A program made the translations under genes and the position numbers. Positions 1-12,800 of a DNA stretch of 64,000 nt are shown in pieces. Each line of letters opens with the position of its first letter. Within the stretch, counting starts at the first letter, position 1. The notes below the pieces were generated by a model, which saw only the letters and a list, made by a program, of their open reading frames with translations, did no database searches and was not told where the DNA came from. This stretch comes from Oikopleura dioica (Eukaryota > Animalia > Chordata), in assembly GCA_907165135.1 (NCBI GenBank), contig OU015567.1, positions 12,400,001 to 12,464,000 on the forward strand, in the 5' to 3' direction.

Positions 1-136
1 GTCAGCTCCGGATATTTTGCAACAGCTTATCAGTAGCTGCCTGGAGTACTGGGCAAATACACTTGAGTAATCATGGTCGCTGTTTTAGAACGAGGAGTTT
101 CGCGAAATTTATTCTCAATTTCAGAACACTGACAGA

Positions 137-413
137 TCAGAACCAGTACATGTAGTCACTGGGGTTGCCCCTCACTTCCATCTGCCGCTGGTAAAAATTT
201 CTTGGTCGAGCGGAAGGCGGTGGACTTTTGAGACTCACATCTTGTGAGAATGTAGCGAGTTCTGGTTGGGAGAGAAATTTTTCAAGTGCTTCTTGTAGGC
301 TTCCTAAAGTAATAGCTTTTTGAGACGTTCAAACTTTTTGTATTTTTAATGAAAACTTCTTCTATCTTACCATGGACTTGAGCCCCAATTGCAAGAACAA
401 ATAAAAATCTCAT
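137..413 (-). CDS. Small secreted peptide precursor, 52 aa, 3 exons (413-371, 303-239, 187-137)
   Basis: Spliced frame MRFLFVLAIGAQVHG-SLQEALEKFLSQPELATFSQD-RQMEVRGNPSDYMYWF*. GT-AG introns at 370-304 and 238-188 keep the frame. Hydrophobic signal-like N-terminus, TATAAAA upstream, AATAAA 24 nt after the stop (113-108). Confidence 0.6.
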
Positions 414-458
414 TTCTTATTTCGTTTCCTTTATCTTAATTGGAAAACGGTCTGGTCC

Positions 459-465
459 TTTTATA
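459..465 (-). promoter_or_regulatory. TATA box of the peptide gene
   Basis: TATAAAA on the minus strand about 46 nt upstream of the ATG at 413. Confidence 0.5.
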
Positions 466-705
466 GTCTCCAGACATCTTGTGGCGATCCAGTGAATAAT
501 AGTTGCTTATTTATTTATAAAAGAAAAGTATCCCTACTTAGCCCGATATTGAAACTTTTGACTTGCTGAATTTAAATTGAATTTGGCGGAGACCGAAGCA
601 ATTCTTTAGCTTTCAATAATTTATAAATAATCTTAAATTTGAAGAAGACACATACGGCGGTGTGAATTTATTAATTTTGTCTGTCAGGCTTTTCTCGATC
701 GCTTT

Positions 706-1586
706 TTAGATCACAGATTCTGCTTCTTCGTCTTCTAAAATTTCATAAAAATGCTCCGGCGGGGTCGCCTGAAAACAGCTGCCATAATGTCTTGCTATCA
801 GCAAGAAATTGAACATCATCATTGGAAGAAGCCAAAGAAAAATTTGGCTGATTTCTACTCCCCTCACGCGCTTGTTGTATCTTAATTTTTGATTTGGTCG
901 TGTTTTTTGTATAAACTCACTGATTGAAGTCATAGTCGGAAAGAATATTTATCTTCCGGAGCAGCAGCATCAAACTAGAATATTTTTAATTAATTAGAAA
1001 GAGAAAAAACTATGCTTGGGTCGACAAAGGTCATCATTGAAGCTCCCTTTGGGCCGACTAATCTTTTCTTTGATTCACAGACTTACCATAAAATGATGCA
1101 GACAAAATACCACAATGGGATGATCCAACTTTTCAAATAAAGAATCTCCCCGTTCGGAGTTCTTCTAATAAGCACAAAAATAACGAGCCCTAGAACCAAA
1201 TGCAACGAATAAAGAACGCATGTAAAATGCCAGAAGAGTAGCGAGGGCGCGAGATCTTCTGGCGAATGGGAAATCTTGAGCCCTTGGAATTCTATGAAGT
1301 GACCGACGCGGCCTGTTTCGAGGTTAAAATGACTTCAGCGCGGGTTCTAGCCGTTTTTATGGTAAAAATTTATGTTCCGATCTAACTATCGATAATATCT
1401 TTGGACGAACAAGGTGTTCAGAAAAGACGTCTTTTCGTTAGACAATTATTCGAAATCGAATTATTTCTTCTTTTTTTAATTCAATGCGCCTTCGATTTTC
1501 AATGCTCTTCCTGTTACCACTGCCAATAACAAGGATAATGTAGTGTAAGGAAACCATTTACGCCAATTGGCCTTGTAAAAATCCAT
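706..1586 (-). CDS. Hypothetical multi-pass membrane protein, about 4 exons
   Basis: Spliced frame MDFYKANWRKWFPYTTLSLLLAVVTG...LFWHFTCVLYSLHLVLGLVIFVLI...WIIPLWYFVCIIL... joins the frame of ORF 706-933. cag|aATG context. First intron is probably GC-AG (1489-1313). Confidence 0.5.
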
Positions 1587-1861
1587 TCTGCACTAGTTCT
1601 CTATTTCGCTGAATAATTATCAGATTTGATTTATTCCGAAAGAACGCGTAATTACGCAAATAGAGCGTAAACGCTCCGTTTGTTTGAGCCCCAGAAGTGT
1701 CCATTTCTACTTCTATTTTCAAGTCTGGTACTTTTTAACGCACTGATCCAAGTGTCGATTGAAATATGAGCTGTGGAAGTTGTCCCACGAAATTGAGATC
1801 GCTGACTCTCGCCGATTCTTCATAAAAATCAAATCTTCTTTTTCTCCGTCAATTTTTCGAG

Positions 1862-3489
1862 GATCGCGGCGGTGGCGCTCGCGAGCAATCATGAAATTTT
1901 CCACCTTGAAAAGCATAACATCCTGGAGGAACTGATCACTTACAGATTTGCTTCTTTTGTATGATGACTGGAATGTTTGTAAAGTATTTTTGTATTTTCT
2001 CGCCGGCAATAGCTTCGTTACAGGATCGAATTGCCGTTGACAGATTCATTTACGAGAAACCTCACTGCGAATCAGTTAATGCGTGTCGCGGAAGAAATGG
2101 TACAGTATCTTTTAAATTGTCAAAATACACTTATCTGGCTCAGAATTTACAGTTGAAAAGGGACAATCGAAATTATGAATTTATTCTGAGAAATGATTGT
2201 TTCAAAAATTATTCAAAAAAATCATGTATTTAGGCTGCGATGGATCAATCCTGTACAACAGAGTAGGTCAAATCAACCTCGCAAATTACACAAACTACTT
2301 CAACTGCAGATGGGAAATCCGCGGCGGTCTCAATTCGAAGATTCGAGTGAAAGTGGAAAGCGCGGGAAATTTCGGAATAGAAAATCACCGTTTCTGCGGC
2401 TTCGACAGGCTAAATTTGCAAAACTTTGAAGGAACCAAGAAGTTTGGTAGAATTTGCTCGTCACCAAGAGGTAAGAAAATTTGTTTAAAATCAAGGAGGA
2501 CTTCTTGCTGAGTCAAGCAAATAGATCACTGCGGCTTTTTTGACAGAAAATTTTCCCATTAAAAAAGCCGCGTTTGGCTTTTTTTCTGATATTTTTTTCC
2601 TTTTTACTAAAGATGTCTTCAAGAAACCTAATTTTTTAAAGGAGAGACGATCCCCTACAATGGAATGGACGCAGTTGAATATGGAACTTCTGCGAATTCA
2701 GTGGCAACCAAAATAAAGGTACAGATTATGATATTTAGCCTAAACGTGCACATGGCGCCGGAAGGAAATATTTTTTGAAAATCTTTTAAGTCGTCGGCTT
2801 TCCGGAATGGAGTGACGCTCGATAGCTCTGAGCTTGTCGTGGCCTTCGATGCCGACAATCAAAACACTGGTGCTGGATTTGTGCTGCATTACGAAATTAG
2901 TAAGGAGTGAACTTGGAGTTGATTTGATGAGATTTTTAGTTGGAGACATAGATGATCTCGTCGAGGGAGAATTGACGGATATTGGAGACAACTTGGAAGC
3001 TGGGCTACTTCATCTCACGAAGAACATTGCTTCAAATCAAAGACGAGAAGCAGTCAGCAATAGAATCAGAGTAATTTTGTAGAGAAGGATTGACCCCTTA
3101 AATTCTTGTTGTCCTTTAATTCAGGGGCAAAGAATGCTTAGATGGGTTAAATCATGGATAAGTAGGTTAAAAAGCTGTTTTTAGAAGCTCTTCGCGCTGT
3201 ATTCAAAGAAAATGTCGCAGTGCCGAAACGGCGATCTGTCCAGTCTGCTGCTGAATTTCAGGTAGTGTTTTTTTGTGCAAAGCCGGTTGCAAATACAAAA
3301 TCTAGCGCCGCTGGATTCGAGGAAGAAAATTTGACCAAGGTTCACGATGAGTGGTACCAAATATTCGAAGCGTCTTTTGAAAAGTGCGACTTGCCGATTA
3401 TGAAGAAACATGGATCCTTTTCGCAAACGAGTTGGCCAAGGAGAATTGAGTCGGTGATCAGAAGCATGGAGAAACATTTCAGTCAATAG
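1862..3489 (+). CDS. Secreted CUB-domain protein with helical C-terminus (oikosin-like architecture); start uncertain
   Basis: Exon from 2234 reads GCDGSILYNRVGQINLANYTNYFNCRWEIRGG...FGIENHRFCGFDRLNL...FGRICS, and a later exon reads ELVVAFDADNQNTGAGFVLHYEI, which is the CUB pattern. Signal-like IAAVALA at the 5' end. GT-AG introns keep the frame to TAG at 3489. Confidence 0.7.
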
Positions 3490-3628
3490 TAAAACTGCCA
3501 CTCTCTCTTTTTTATAACGATAGATCATTTCACTGCTCTTGATTTTTTCATATTCCCAAAGAACTGTACGAACTGTAAAAACTTTTTTGTAAATAAATTC
3601 TTTGCTTCAAAAAGAACTCTTTATTGCT

Positions 3629-3862
3629 TCAGTCATTCCAAATGTCCTCATCGTCTTCAGATTCGTCTTCATTTGAGTCTTCTGATGCAGAGATTTGTGC
3701 ATAAACTGTCGTGTTGTAAGCATTCTCGTCCTCAGAACTAGCATCATCTTCTATTCCGCTTTTTCTTCTTGCTTTTCTCGCACATTTTACAACCAGCAAT
3801 ATAACGACAAGAAGCACGAAAGCTATGAAAGAAAGTATTATCAGAAAAACTTCGATGTTCAT
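3629..3862 (-). CDS. Small single-pass membrane protein with acidic tail (77 aa)
   Basis: MNIEVFLIILSFIAFVLLVVILLVV followed by a basic stop-transfer KCARKARRK and a D/E-rich tail. Confidence 0.45.
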   Translation of the reverse strand: MNIEVFLIILSFIAFVLLVVILLVVKCARKARRKSGIEDDASSEDENAYNTTVYAQISASEDSNEDESEDDEDIWND

Positions 3863-4365
3863 TTTTTTTTTAATTTGGCTTTTTGTCAAATTTCCTGTTT
3901 GCTTTCAACTCGAATTACCATTTGCGTTCTCATAAAAATGCGTTCGCCTCACGTTCGCAATCGAGGAAAGTTCAAAAACACGGATGGATGGAATACTCCC
4001 AAATTGAAAGCATAAAAACGTGTCTTTCTACGATGCCGTATTTGCTTCGTATAGAATTGTCGGAAATTTTCTCGCTGCATACGCGTTGATTGGCTTTGCG
4101 TCAATGGAACGCCCGATTCTTGAACCGAGATCAAGAACGTTTCAATTTGCATTTCCAATGCAAGAATTTGCCCATTCAGCCACCCAAGAAGGTTCTTCCT
4201 AAAAGTGACCTTGTGAAAACTGAAAATCCACTTTCAAGTTTCAACCCTTGCAACTGCCCGGGGCGCTTTAGTAAAGCCTCACCGCTAGAAAATAAAAAAG
4301 GCCTAGTTCCCAAAAAATAACGGGCTTTATATTTTTGCTCAACGAACATTCTAAAATCGGATAAG

Positions 4366-5676
4366 ATGAGATCGAGCCTTCTCGGAAAATATGTGTTCAT
4401 AATTTTTTGTAGCGCTGTAATTATTGTTTTTATAAAGAAAAATCATGCAGTTCCAAAATTCTTTGAGAGAAGATCAGACGACGAAATTAAATACAGAAGA
4501 AAATTTAAGAAAATAAAAAGAAAATTCAAGGAGTTTCAGGAATTAGGTTTGCATTCATTTTCTTCAATTTGCCTAATATTTGTTTGCATCCTAAACTAAA
4601 AGACATCAGAAAGCGCTGAAATTCATGAGCTCAAAGAAAATAATTTTGAGCTTCAGCAAATTGAGGCAAAGTTGGCGTTGGATCTTGAGGCCCGTGAACA
4701 AGAAATTGAGGCCCTAAAACCGAAGGTTCCGGTCAGAAAGCCAGGAGTACGGAAATGGGATCGAAAGTCAAAGCTGGTCTTTATCCACATAGGAAAGGCG
4801 GGTGGTACCTCCTTCGGGGCGATGATGACTGAAGCAATGGGCACGTTTGATTTTGTTGGAGCAAAGCATTTCGACTGGACTTATGTTGACGAAAAGTACC
4901 CTTTCGATGAAGTGCTTACGCTCTTTCGTGAGCCTCTTTCAAGGACCATCTCACATTTTAATTTCATGAAGAAGTTGTCCTGGACGAAAGGGATGAAGAT
5001 AAAAGACCAAAGCATGGATGAGTTTTTAGAGGACAAATCTTCGATGATGGAATTTCGAGGATGCTGGCAAGACGGACAAGCAGGTGTTTCCTGGCTTACC
5101 GGAACCCATATTGCTGACTGGGTCCACAAAGGTGCCGAAGCCAACAGAGACCCGGATACTCAAGAACGAAAATTCTTCGACTTTGAAAACCAGCTCACAG
5201 AAGCAGCTGATAAAATAGACAAAATGTTCTGGTTTGGTATTTTGGAAGACTACGAAAGGTCTTTAGAACTCCTCGCGTATCAACTGGACAAACCATTGAA
5301 AAATTTCAAGCGTCTGCAACAAAAGATTGGCCGCCAGAATTTGCATAAACTAGAACCGAGCTTGCCATCAGAAGAATCAACAGAGTTTCTCAAAAACTTG
5401 ATGCCACAAGACATCTGGCTCTACGAATACGCAAAGACCGTCTTTCAAGCGCGATGGAATTATTACAAAACAAGAATTTATCAACATCCGAAGCGACCTG
5501 CTTTTCCGAAAATCCCCTGTCAGTCGACGAGATTCATCTTGAAATGCTCTGGTACTGATAATGGTAAGACACTTTTGTTTGTCCTGTCTGAAAATCGAGT
5601 TTTAGACTTCATCTTCAAATGGGATGAGAAGATGCCCGAAGAACATGCTAAAAACTTCAATGATTTACTGCAATAA
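4366..5676 (+). CDS. Golgi-type sulfotransferase (Sulfotransfer_2 / HS6ST-like fold), type II membrane protein
   Basis: 5'-PSB motif FIHIGKAGGTSF and 3'-PB motif LTLFREPLSRTISHFNF. N-terminal signal-anchor (YVFIIFCSAVIIVFI) is joined by one intron, probably GA-AG at 4531-4602. Confidence 0.85.
4531..4602 (+). other. GA-AG intron with terminal stem (sulfotransferase)
   Basis: AAG|GA, phase 0, uses the first AG. Arms 4532-4541 agtttcagga and 4589-4597 tcctaaact give 9 bp plus a 1-nt bulge. Confidence 0.65.
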
Positions 5677-5724
5677 TTTGATAAACTTGTTTTATTTATG
5701 AAAAAAAAGAATAAATTTCAACAT

Positions 5725-7326
5725 ATGCTCGAAGATTCTTCTTGCAAAAAGTTGGGCCGCGTCTGTTTGCTCAAAATACGTGTGTTGATTTATGGACTAA
5801 TAGACAAGCTGTGTGAAAAGTGTAACAGTTAAAAATGAAATTTACACGGAAGAGAGTTAGATTTATTATTGAAATTGGTGCTGTTTGTGCTGCTATTGCA
5901 TGTCTGGTAATAAATTTGTGGCGGTTTGTTGTCATAGATTTGTAGGGAGCAGCATTGGCAGGAAACGAGTGGTTTGATGTCGTTGGCGCTGATCTATCCG
6001 AATCTGGATTTGGAACAAATTTATCCCTTCATGGAGGAGTATTCGAGAGCTGCGGGCCACCAATCGACCCAAATTCTACATTAGAAGAAGAATGTTTCAA
6101 ATTCGAAGAAATTCTAGGGCCTTACACGCCTCTGCAGTTGCTTCAAATCAGAGGATTCCTAGCATTTACCTTTTTAAGTAAACAAAAGTTAAATAATATT
6201 TGCTACCGAAATTTCAGTGCTATTGATGGGTCTTTTCTGTGGTTCAAAATTCGCAGTTGAGTTTTATTTCCTCGGATTTGCTGGAGTCGTTTTGGCATTT
6301 TCAATCGCCGTTGCAATGATCACTACGACTGGTATTCTCGTTTGCAACTGCTTGGACGAACTTGGCGTTCATGGATGGCTCGCTACTATCAGTTTACCGT
6401 GCATCATCATCGCTCTCTTCGCGGTTGAGAGCAAAAACCAGCGAAAAATGCCACTTAATTATATTCCAACGCTGATGTCTTTCGCTGTTTTAGGAAAGTT
6501 TTGAGAAAATGTGAATTTTTAATGCATCTGGTTTTTTAAATCAAAATTTGGGATGAGTTTGGCTACACTTGGCTTAAATTGGTTCGATACGTCAAAGTAC
6601 TTAGGATTCGATTGAAAACATAGAAGAGAGATTTTTTAAAAACTTATTTCAATCAAATAATAGATCCCCGAGAAAAATACGCTCCCGAGGAACCTGCGCC
6701 ATTTCTACCAACAATTTTCCCTCCTGCAGAAACATACAGCGAGTGCGAAAAACGATACTCGTTGACAGTGTATTGCGTCGGCTACTGCAGCGATCAAGGC
6801 GGGTTCAGATGGGAGTGCGAAAAATGGGAAAACTTCCTAAAATTTGAGAATAGCTGGAATACGGCGAATTGGAGGACACCGACGCCATTCGCTATTCGAT
6901 TGGCATGGCTGTATATTGGACTGGTTATACCTGGCTTGGTCGCACAAATTGTCATTCAACAAAGGACACAGATAAATCCTGTGAGTGACATTAACTCTTA
7001 CGCATTGTATTGATTTTTAGCTTCCCATTGCCCGCTTGAACTTAGTCACGATCGCAGGTCTCTTCCTTGTGGTCACTTCTTTTAGCAGTCTTCAAGGTAA
7101 CGAGCTCCCCTCCAACAAATAACATTACGAATGTTTAGATGGATCTAACATCATCAAAGCCGACGAGGTCATCAACTTCGGCACAAGAATAGACAACGGT
7201 TTATCCGCAACTCTTTGCTATTTAGCAGCAATTGGACAACTTTCAATTTATATCATGAGCATTGTTTTCACATCTCAAAACAACTGTTACCATGAAGTTT
7301 CAAATAAAAATCCAGATAAAATTTAG
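5725..7326 (+). CDS. Multi-pass membrane protein with two tandem claudin/PMP22-like modules
   Basis: Module 1: TM-W...GGVFESC...EC then three TMs. Module 2: TM-LNWFD...YCVGYC...WEC then three TMs. Stop at 7324-7326. Family call is from motif resemblance only. Confidence 0.55.
6605..6663 (+). other. GA-AG intron with terminal stem (claudin-like gene)
   Basis: Only a phase-1 donor fits, and both nearby GTs are phase 2. Arms 6606-6617 attcgattgaaa and 6647-6658 tttcaatcaaat pair at 11 of 12 positions. Confidence 0.7.
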
Positions 7327-7726
7327 TCAAGATTACCCAATAAGATCGAATTTGTCTTCAACTTGAACGTGATGGAACGTGGGGGCGGATTTCCGTTAGC
7401 GGCGGCTCTCGTTTATCCTGTTCTTTGCATTGAATTTCACTGTAGTTTGCGTTTTTGCTCGGGTCAAGGAAGATAGTAACACCTTGATTTTTAAGTTAAT
7501 TAGACTAATTTTTTCAATATCTCATTTTTTAGTTTGCCCTGCACAAAAAGATCGAAATCTTCTCTTATTTTCAAAGAAGTTGTGATTGAGAGATGAATTC
7601 GAAAGTTTACATTTTATTTAGGAAAAGCGCTAAATTAGCAGCAAGAAATTGCTCAGATAGGTAAATGAAGAGGATAGTATTTGCAGTTGACTTTGAGTTA
7701 CAGAAGAATAAAAGTTGACGGAATAT

Positions 7727-9498
7727 TTAAAGAATTACATTTGAAGCTCTTTCGTCGTCTAGAAGTGGCGAGTAAGAAATATCTCTTTGCTTGGTGCTTG
7801 AGCCTGCTGCAGAATGCGGAACAAGCCATTTTTCTTTGGGCAGATTCTGGAGGTAGAACAGCTTCGGCGTGAAAATAACGAACCAGAGAACGCCGAGAAT
7901 AGTGCAAATGATTGACAGAGAGAAAACTGGATCCCAGCCCTTGAGTTATGTTGATACACTTTATCATAGATAGCAGCTACTTACATTGAAATCAGAGAGC
8001 TGCTGTTCCCCATTTTCTAGTTTCGTTATATTAAAAGCTTCCTCGATGGGACTGTCCCCCATTTTATCTTAAATTAAGTTGATTCAAATTATTCAATGAA
8101 AGTTTCAAACTAACCTAGAGTCCAAAGAGCAAGTGTTTCCGGCCAAGAGCCGCCGAAGTTTGCCGCCGAATTGAGGAGAGTCATATAGACACCACCAAGA
8201 ACCGGGTCGGATATTTGAGCATGAAATGACATGGTTGAAACAAAGTTCACTGTCCCGAAGATCGAGTCTGAATGAACAATAAAAACTTAAAGTTGTTGAA
8301 GACAAAAATACCGAAAATGCTCAAAATAACGATGATGGTAATTGCGCTTCCGTCAAATACCATTTTCGGCATATAATGAATAACAAGAGGGGAAGTAGCG
8401 GCGGAAATGAGGCCATAGATTGCTGTCACTGTCCAGCAGGTTAAGGCGCGTTTGGAAGTGAATCTTTCAATGGCCATTGGCAGTAGGATTCGGATAGGAG
8501 CTAGAAAGGAATAAGTTTGAACTGGATTCAAATTTTAGATCTACCCAAGTAGGAACTGAGCAGGGCAAGAGTAGAACGAGAAAGCCCCCTTTCGGTTAGT
8601 TTGAGCATGCTTGCTTCGCCAGCTACCGCCGAGCCGATATTGCAAGTGAACCACAGCAAAATGAGCGTTTTAACTGAGTGGAGCTTGAAGATGGCCAGCA
8701 TCGTCTTGTAAGTCTCTTTCAAAGGTGGCGGTTTCAAGGACTCGTCGTCTTTTTCTGACTTGAGCGCGGCAATCAACACAGTTAGAATGATAAAACAGGC
8801 TCCCCAAAACGCGAAGTAACCGGCAGTCGTGACGAGAGGAAGAGGAGAGCTTTAAAAGTGGTTAAATTAAGACTGATAGAAAGGGCTGGTTGCCAAGGAG
8901 GAGTAAAATCAATTGTAGCATACCTGTTTTCCGCTGAGCGAAGCCATTTGTTAACAAAATCGGCGTCAGAAAGAGCCATGAAAAATCCGTACCCGAAGAA
9001 AGCGCCTAGTGTTTGTCCAGCAGCGTTGCAGTTCGCCGCAGCGCCGGCGTTTTTGCGAGAAAGAAGGGTCAGCGCCCACCCGTCTACGACGATGTCTTGG
9101 GTGGCGACGAGAAAGTTGAGAATGAAGAAACAAACTGCCAGTGGAACGACCTGCTTGTTTTCCATAAAAGAATCGATTCTTGCAGAGAGGAAGAGGAGAA
9201 AAGTGCCGATCAGGAGCTGGACTGGAAAAAGCCAGGATTTGCGCCGCCCAATGCGGTGAAAATAAACCGAATCGACCAAGCCTGCCCAGAGAAATTTGAA
9301 AGAAAAGGGATAACCCGCAAAGGTGAAAACGGCTTGCTGCGCATAGGTCACGCCCGCCTTTTGCAGGAGAAGAGGGATAGACGCGCCAAGACCTAAAGGA
9401 ACGCCCTGGAGAAAGTAGAGCAGGAGCAAGAAGCAAACTGCGAATAAATCATTTCGAATAAGGCCCGACTTTGGCAACATTTTTTGTCGCAAACTCAT
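7727..9498 (-). CDS. SLC33A1: Acetyl-CoA transporter 1 (AT-1), MFS family
   Basis: LLLLYFLQGVPLGL, YPFSFKFLWAGLVDS, GRRKSW, ATQDIVVDGWAL and SDPVLGGVYMTLLNSAANFGGSWP. Four GT-AG introns keep the frame. Confidence 0.92.
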
Positions 9499-9816
9499 TT
9501 TCTTGTTTTCAATCCCATTCTGTGGATGAAAAAGAATCAATTTTTGAGGCAAGTATATATGATATATTGAAAATTTCGTGCATGTTCGGCAGTACAGTAA
9601 ATAAAGGAATGTGGCCAAGTACAGTGAGTGTTAGAGAGAACAGAGGAGAATGAAGAAGTTGGGAGTTTAGAATGATAGTTCCGAGCGATATCGGACATTA
9701 ATTAAAATTGAAAAGCATTAGAAAACATTAACTGAACAATAAAGCTACTACAGAAGTTGCCTAGATACCTAGGTTAATACTAGAATATTAAAGCTGAAAC
9801 GAGTCTTTTTAAAAGA

Positions 9817-12800
9817 CTACTTGTAATTGATTTTTGCAGGCAGTCCGCGGTCCCAATTCTCTGGAATATTGTAACAAGCAGGAATGAGTCCGTAATTTAC
9901 GCATGCACCAGCATTTGCAGCTCCAAGTTTACACGCTAGAAAAAAAACCGTTATACCGTAGCTTCTGTTTATCGCAGAAAAATGCAAACCTCGAGCGGCT
10001 TCGTTTATGTATCGCGATATACAGGGTCCAGGCTCTTTGGAAGAGTTGCGCACGCCGGAAAACCAATCTGCATAAAGTCGAAGGGTGAACCGATCGATAT
10101 CCCTGTCAGTCACACTCCACAGCATCGCCAGAACAGATTCGCAACCAGAGTCGAGGATTCTTGAGTTTCGAATTTAAAATCTTACTTTACTTTGTGTCTT
10201 ACTTGGTGATGGCGCCCCTGGGCTCAGTTCGTCCATCATCGCGTAGTCTACCAGATCCACATCCGATGAGATGCATGGTGCTAGATACACCTTTTCTGAC
10301 GACTCTTCCCCAGCCGCCGACGCAGTCAGAGCCGCTGCCATGTCCTGCGAAGATGTAGAGCGACTTTTCGTTGAGCTTTTTGATAAGCTCGTTTGAGGGA
10401 GGAGCCATGGAAGTGTATCCATCCCATTCTTTGACGCTCTGGAAAAACTTGCCAACGGTTTCCGCCGAGCCAGCGAGATTGGTTTGACTATCGACGACGT
10501 AGAGCACGTCGCAAATGTCAACGCATCGATTTTCTGGCTCCGTGCGCAAAAGATACTCTGCATGACGCATTGACATCATCCTTGAAAAAGATTTGTTGGG
10601 ATTTTGCAATAAAAAGCGTGCTTACCTGGATATTCGAAGACCTTTACAAATAGGCATTCGCTCAAAGCAAAGAGTCTGGACAAGTCGGCCGAGGACAAGA
10701 TAAGTGGATGTCGTTCGCTGATATTGCATTTCCACGAAAGTATGCGCTTTCACAAGCTTATCTAACTCAACTTTGCGGATGTTGACGATTCCGGCGACAT
10801 TCGTTTTCGCCAGAGTATTCATGAAAGACCATGCTCTTACAGCGTAATTTAAGTAGAGAGCTCTTGAAGACTTCATCTTTGGCTGAGGCGCCTCTTTAGG
10901 CCACGTGATCGCTTTCGAAAACGTAAAGAGAGGAAGGGCCGGACCGAGCACGTCTATAATTCCTTTCTGCGAAAAATAATTATTCCCGATTTGTTACCGG
11001 GTAATTTGGAAGTCCAAAGCTGCTGACAATAGTCGTTTCGCTTAGCCCGCGTCTCCCACCACTGATTTGGATCGGTCACTTCCTTGCTCAGCTCCTCAGA
11101 AATTTGGTCGACAGTGTGGCGCATTTTCAAGGCCTCTGATGCAAGAGCAGTGCCGTCAAAAGCGACTGAAAGAACAGCTCCGTTTGGCTCCATTCGCGTA
11201 ACCAGCGCAAGACAGTTTTCGTAAGAACAGTGGAGAGTTTTCGAGACCTCTTTTGATAAAATTTACTCAAAGTTATCGATATGGGCACTACCTGGAATCA
11301 AGCTGACGATGACAAGGACATCTTCAAGGTGCTCTCGGAAGAAATCGTCCGTTGCGTTCACCGAGCTTATCATGTCTAGCGCTTTCTTTTGATTCCTTTC
11401 TGGCACTGCCGTAATATTGTTGCTCAGTCGCAACTGACAACCAAACTCCGTGTCGATGAGTGCACCAATGCCGACCACATCACCGTGCAACTCGCCCAGT
11501 TTTGCAGAATCACTCAAAATTATCGTACTCTTTTCTGCCACTTGTTGCTTTCGAATTATTTCACCGATTCGAAGATTCAGAATTGCGCGAATCGTCTCCA
11601 TATCCCCAAATTCTCGCGCAGTTATCAATGCTGGAAAAATTAATGAAAACGACATAAAGTGACTTTAAGCCAACCTTCATCCAAGATCGCCTCGTCTGAA
11701 GCGGAAGGAGCAGACGGTTCGATGGGTGTGTGTGTGTTGAAGACACTGTTGACTTCGGCTGTGATAGGCGAGACTGGTCGGGAGTGAAATCGCTGAAGAC
11801 GAACACTCTCGGCATTGTCGTTCTCCTCATTTTTAATTGGAGAAAGATCAAGAAAGTCGCCGGCTGGGCCCGATTGTACAGCTTCTTCGGGCTCATCATC
11901 TGAAGCCGTCGGCGCACGATTATCTTCAACGGGTTCCGCAGTTTTCATCGCTCGTCTTGCCATCGCTCTCGTCATCCGCGTTGCGTGGACCGAAGGTGCA
12001 ACTGGAGTGTTAACAACAGCGAGAGAAGGTTCCTGCGTTTCGCTGTCTTTGAAAACAGGAACTCTTTGCTTTCTACGAGTACTCAGTTTTGCTTCTGATG
12101 GAACTCTCATGGGAGTAATCGTCGGAGTCGCTACAATTAAATCTTGTTTCAAGCGACGTCGCGCTGGTGTTTTCATCTCACTTTTGACTTTCATTTTTGT
12201 GAAAGGCTCTGTTAAACGATTCGTCAACTAATAAGGTTAAATCTTGAAAAAATGATATGTATTCCTAAATCGTTTCCTTCTAATTCTATTTGATTGTTGA
12301 TTGTCTTAAATGTTCTATCGTAAATGATCTGGGCAACCTGAAATCGAGCAAAACGACGACAATTTTTTGGGTTGATTTTTTCGCAGTTGTTCATTTCAGC
12401 CATCTTTGCGCTTATAAAGTCGATCGCCTGGGATGGCGATATTAGCTCTAATGCTCGGAGGATAACGACGAATGCCAGCTACAATGATCGAATAATCAAA
12501 AGGCGATTAAATAGAAATTACCTCTGAAAGCCATTGCGAAAAACCGTGTCCCGCGATCGCAATTTCTTTGAAGAGACACAATCCAGCATTAACGGCGCTT
12601 TGAGGATCAGGTTGAACTCGCAGCAATGAAGTCAAGGCAATTGCATAGTTTCGCGCGATATCGATGTCTAGATCCGTCATTTTCGGAAGAACAGGCAATT
12701 TGAAGTTGAATTTTGACGTTTTGGGCTGGTGTTTCTCCGCCATGATTTTCGTAATCGGCGAGGCGGAACAATCAAAAGCAAATTCTTTCTTGATCGCATT

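Noticed and set aside
2531-2571. 11-bp hairpin gcggctttttt/aaaaaagccgc resembling a bacterial terminator
   Set aside because: It lies inside an intron of a eukaryotic CUB gene with no prokaryotic context; at most a local intronic hairpin.
8858-9436. Overlapping alternative-frame ORFs over SLC33A1
   Set aside because: By-products of locally GC-rich coding sequence, with no independent motifs or start context.
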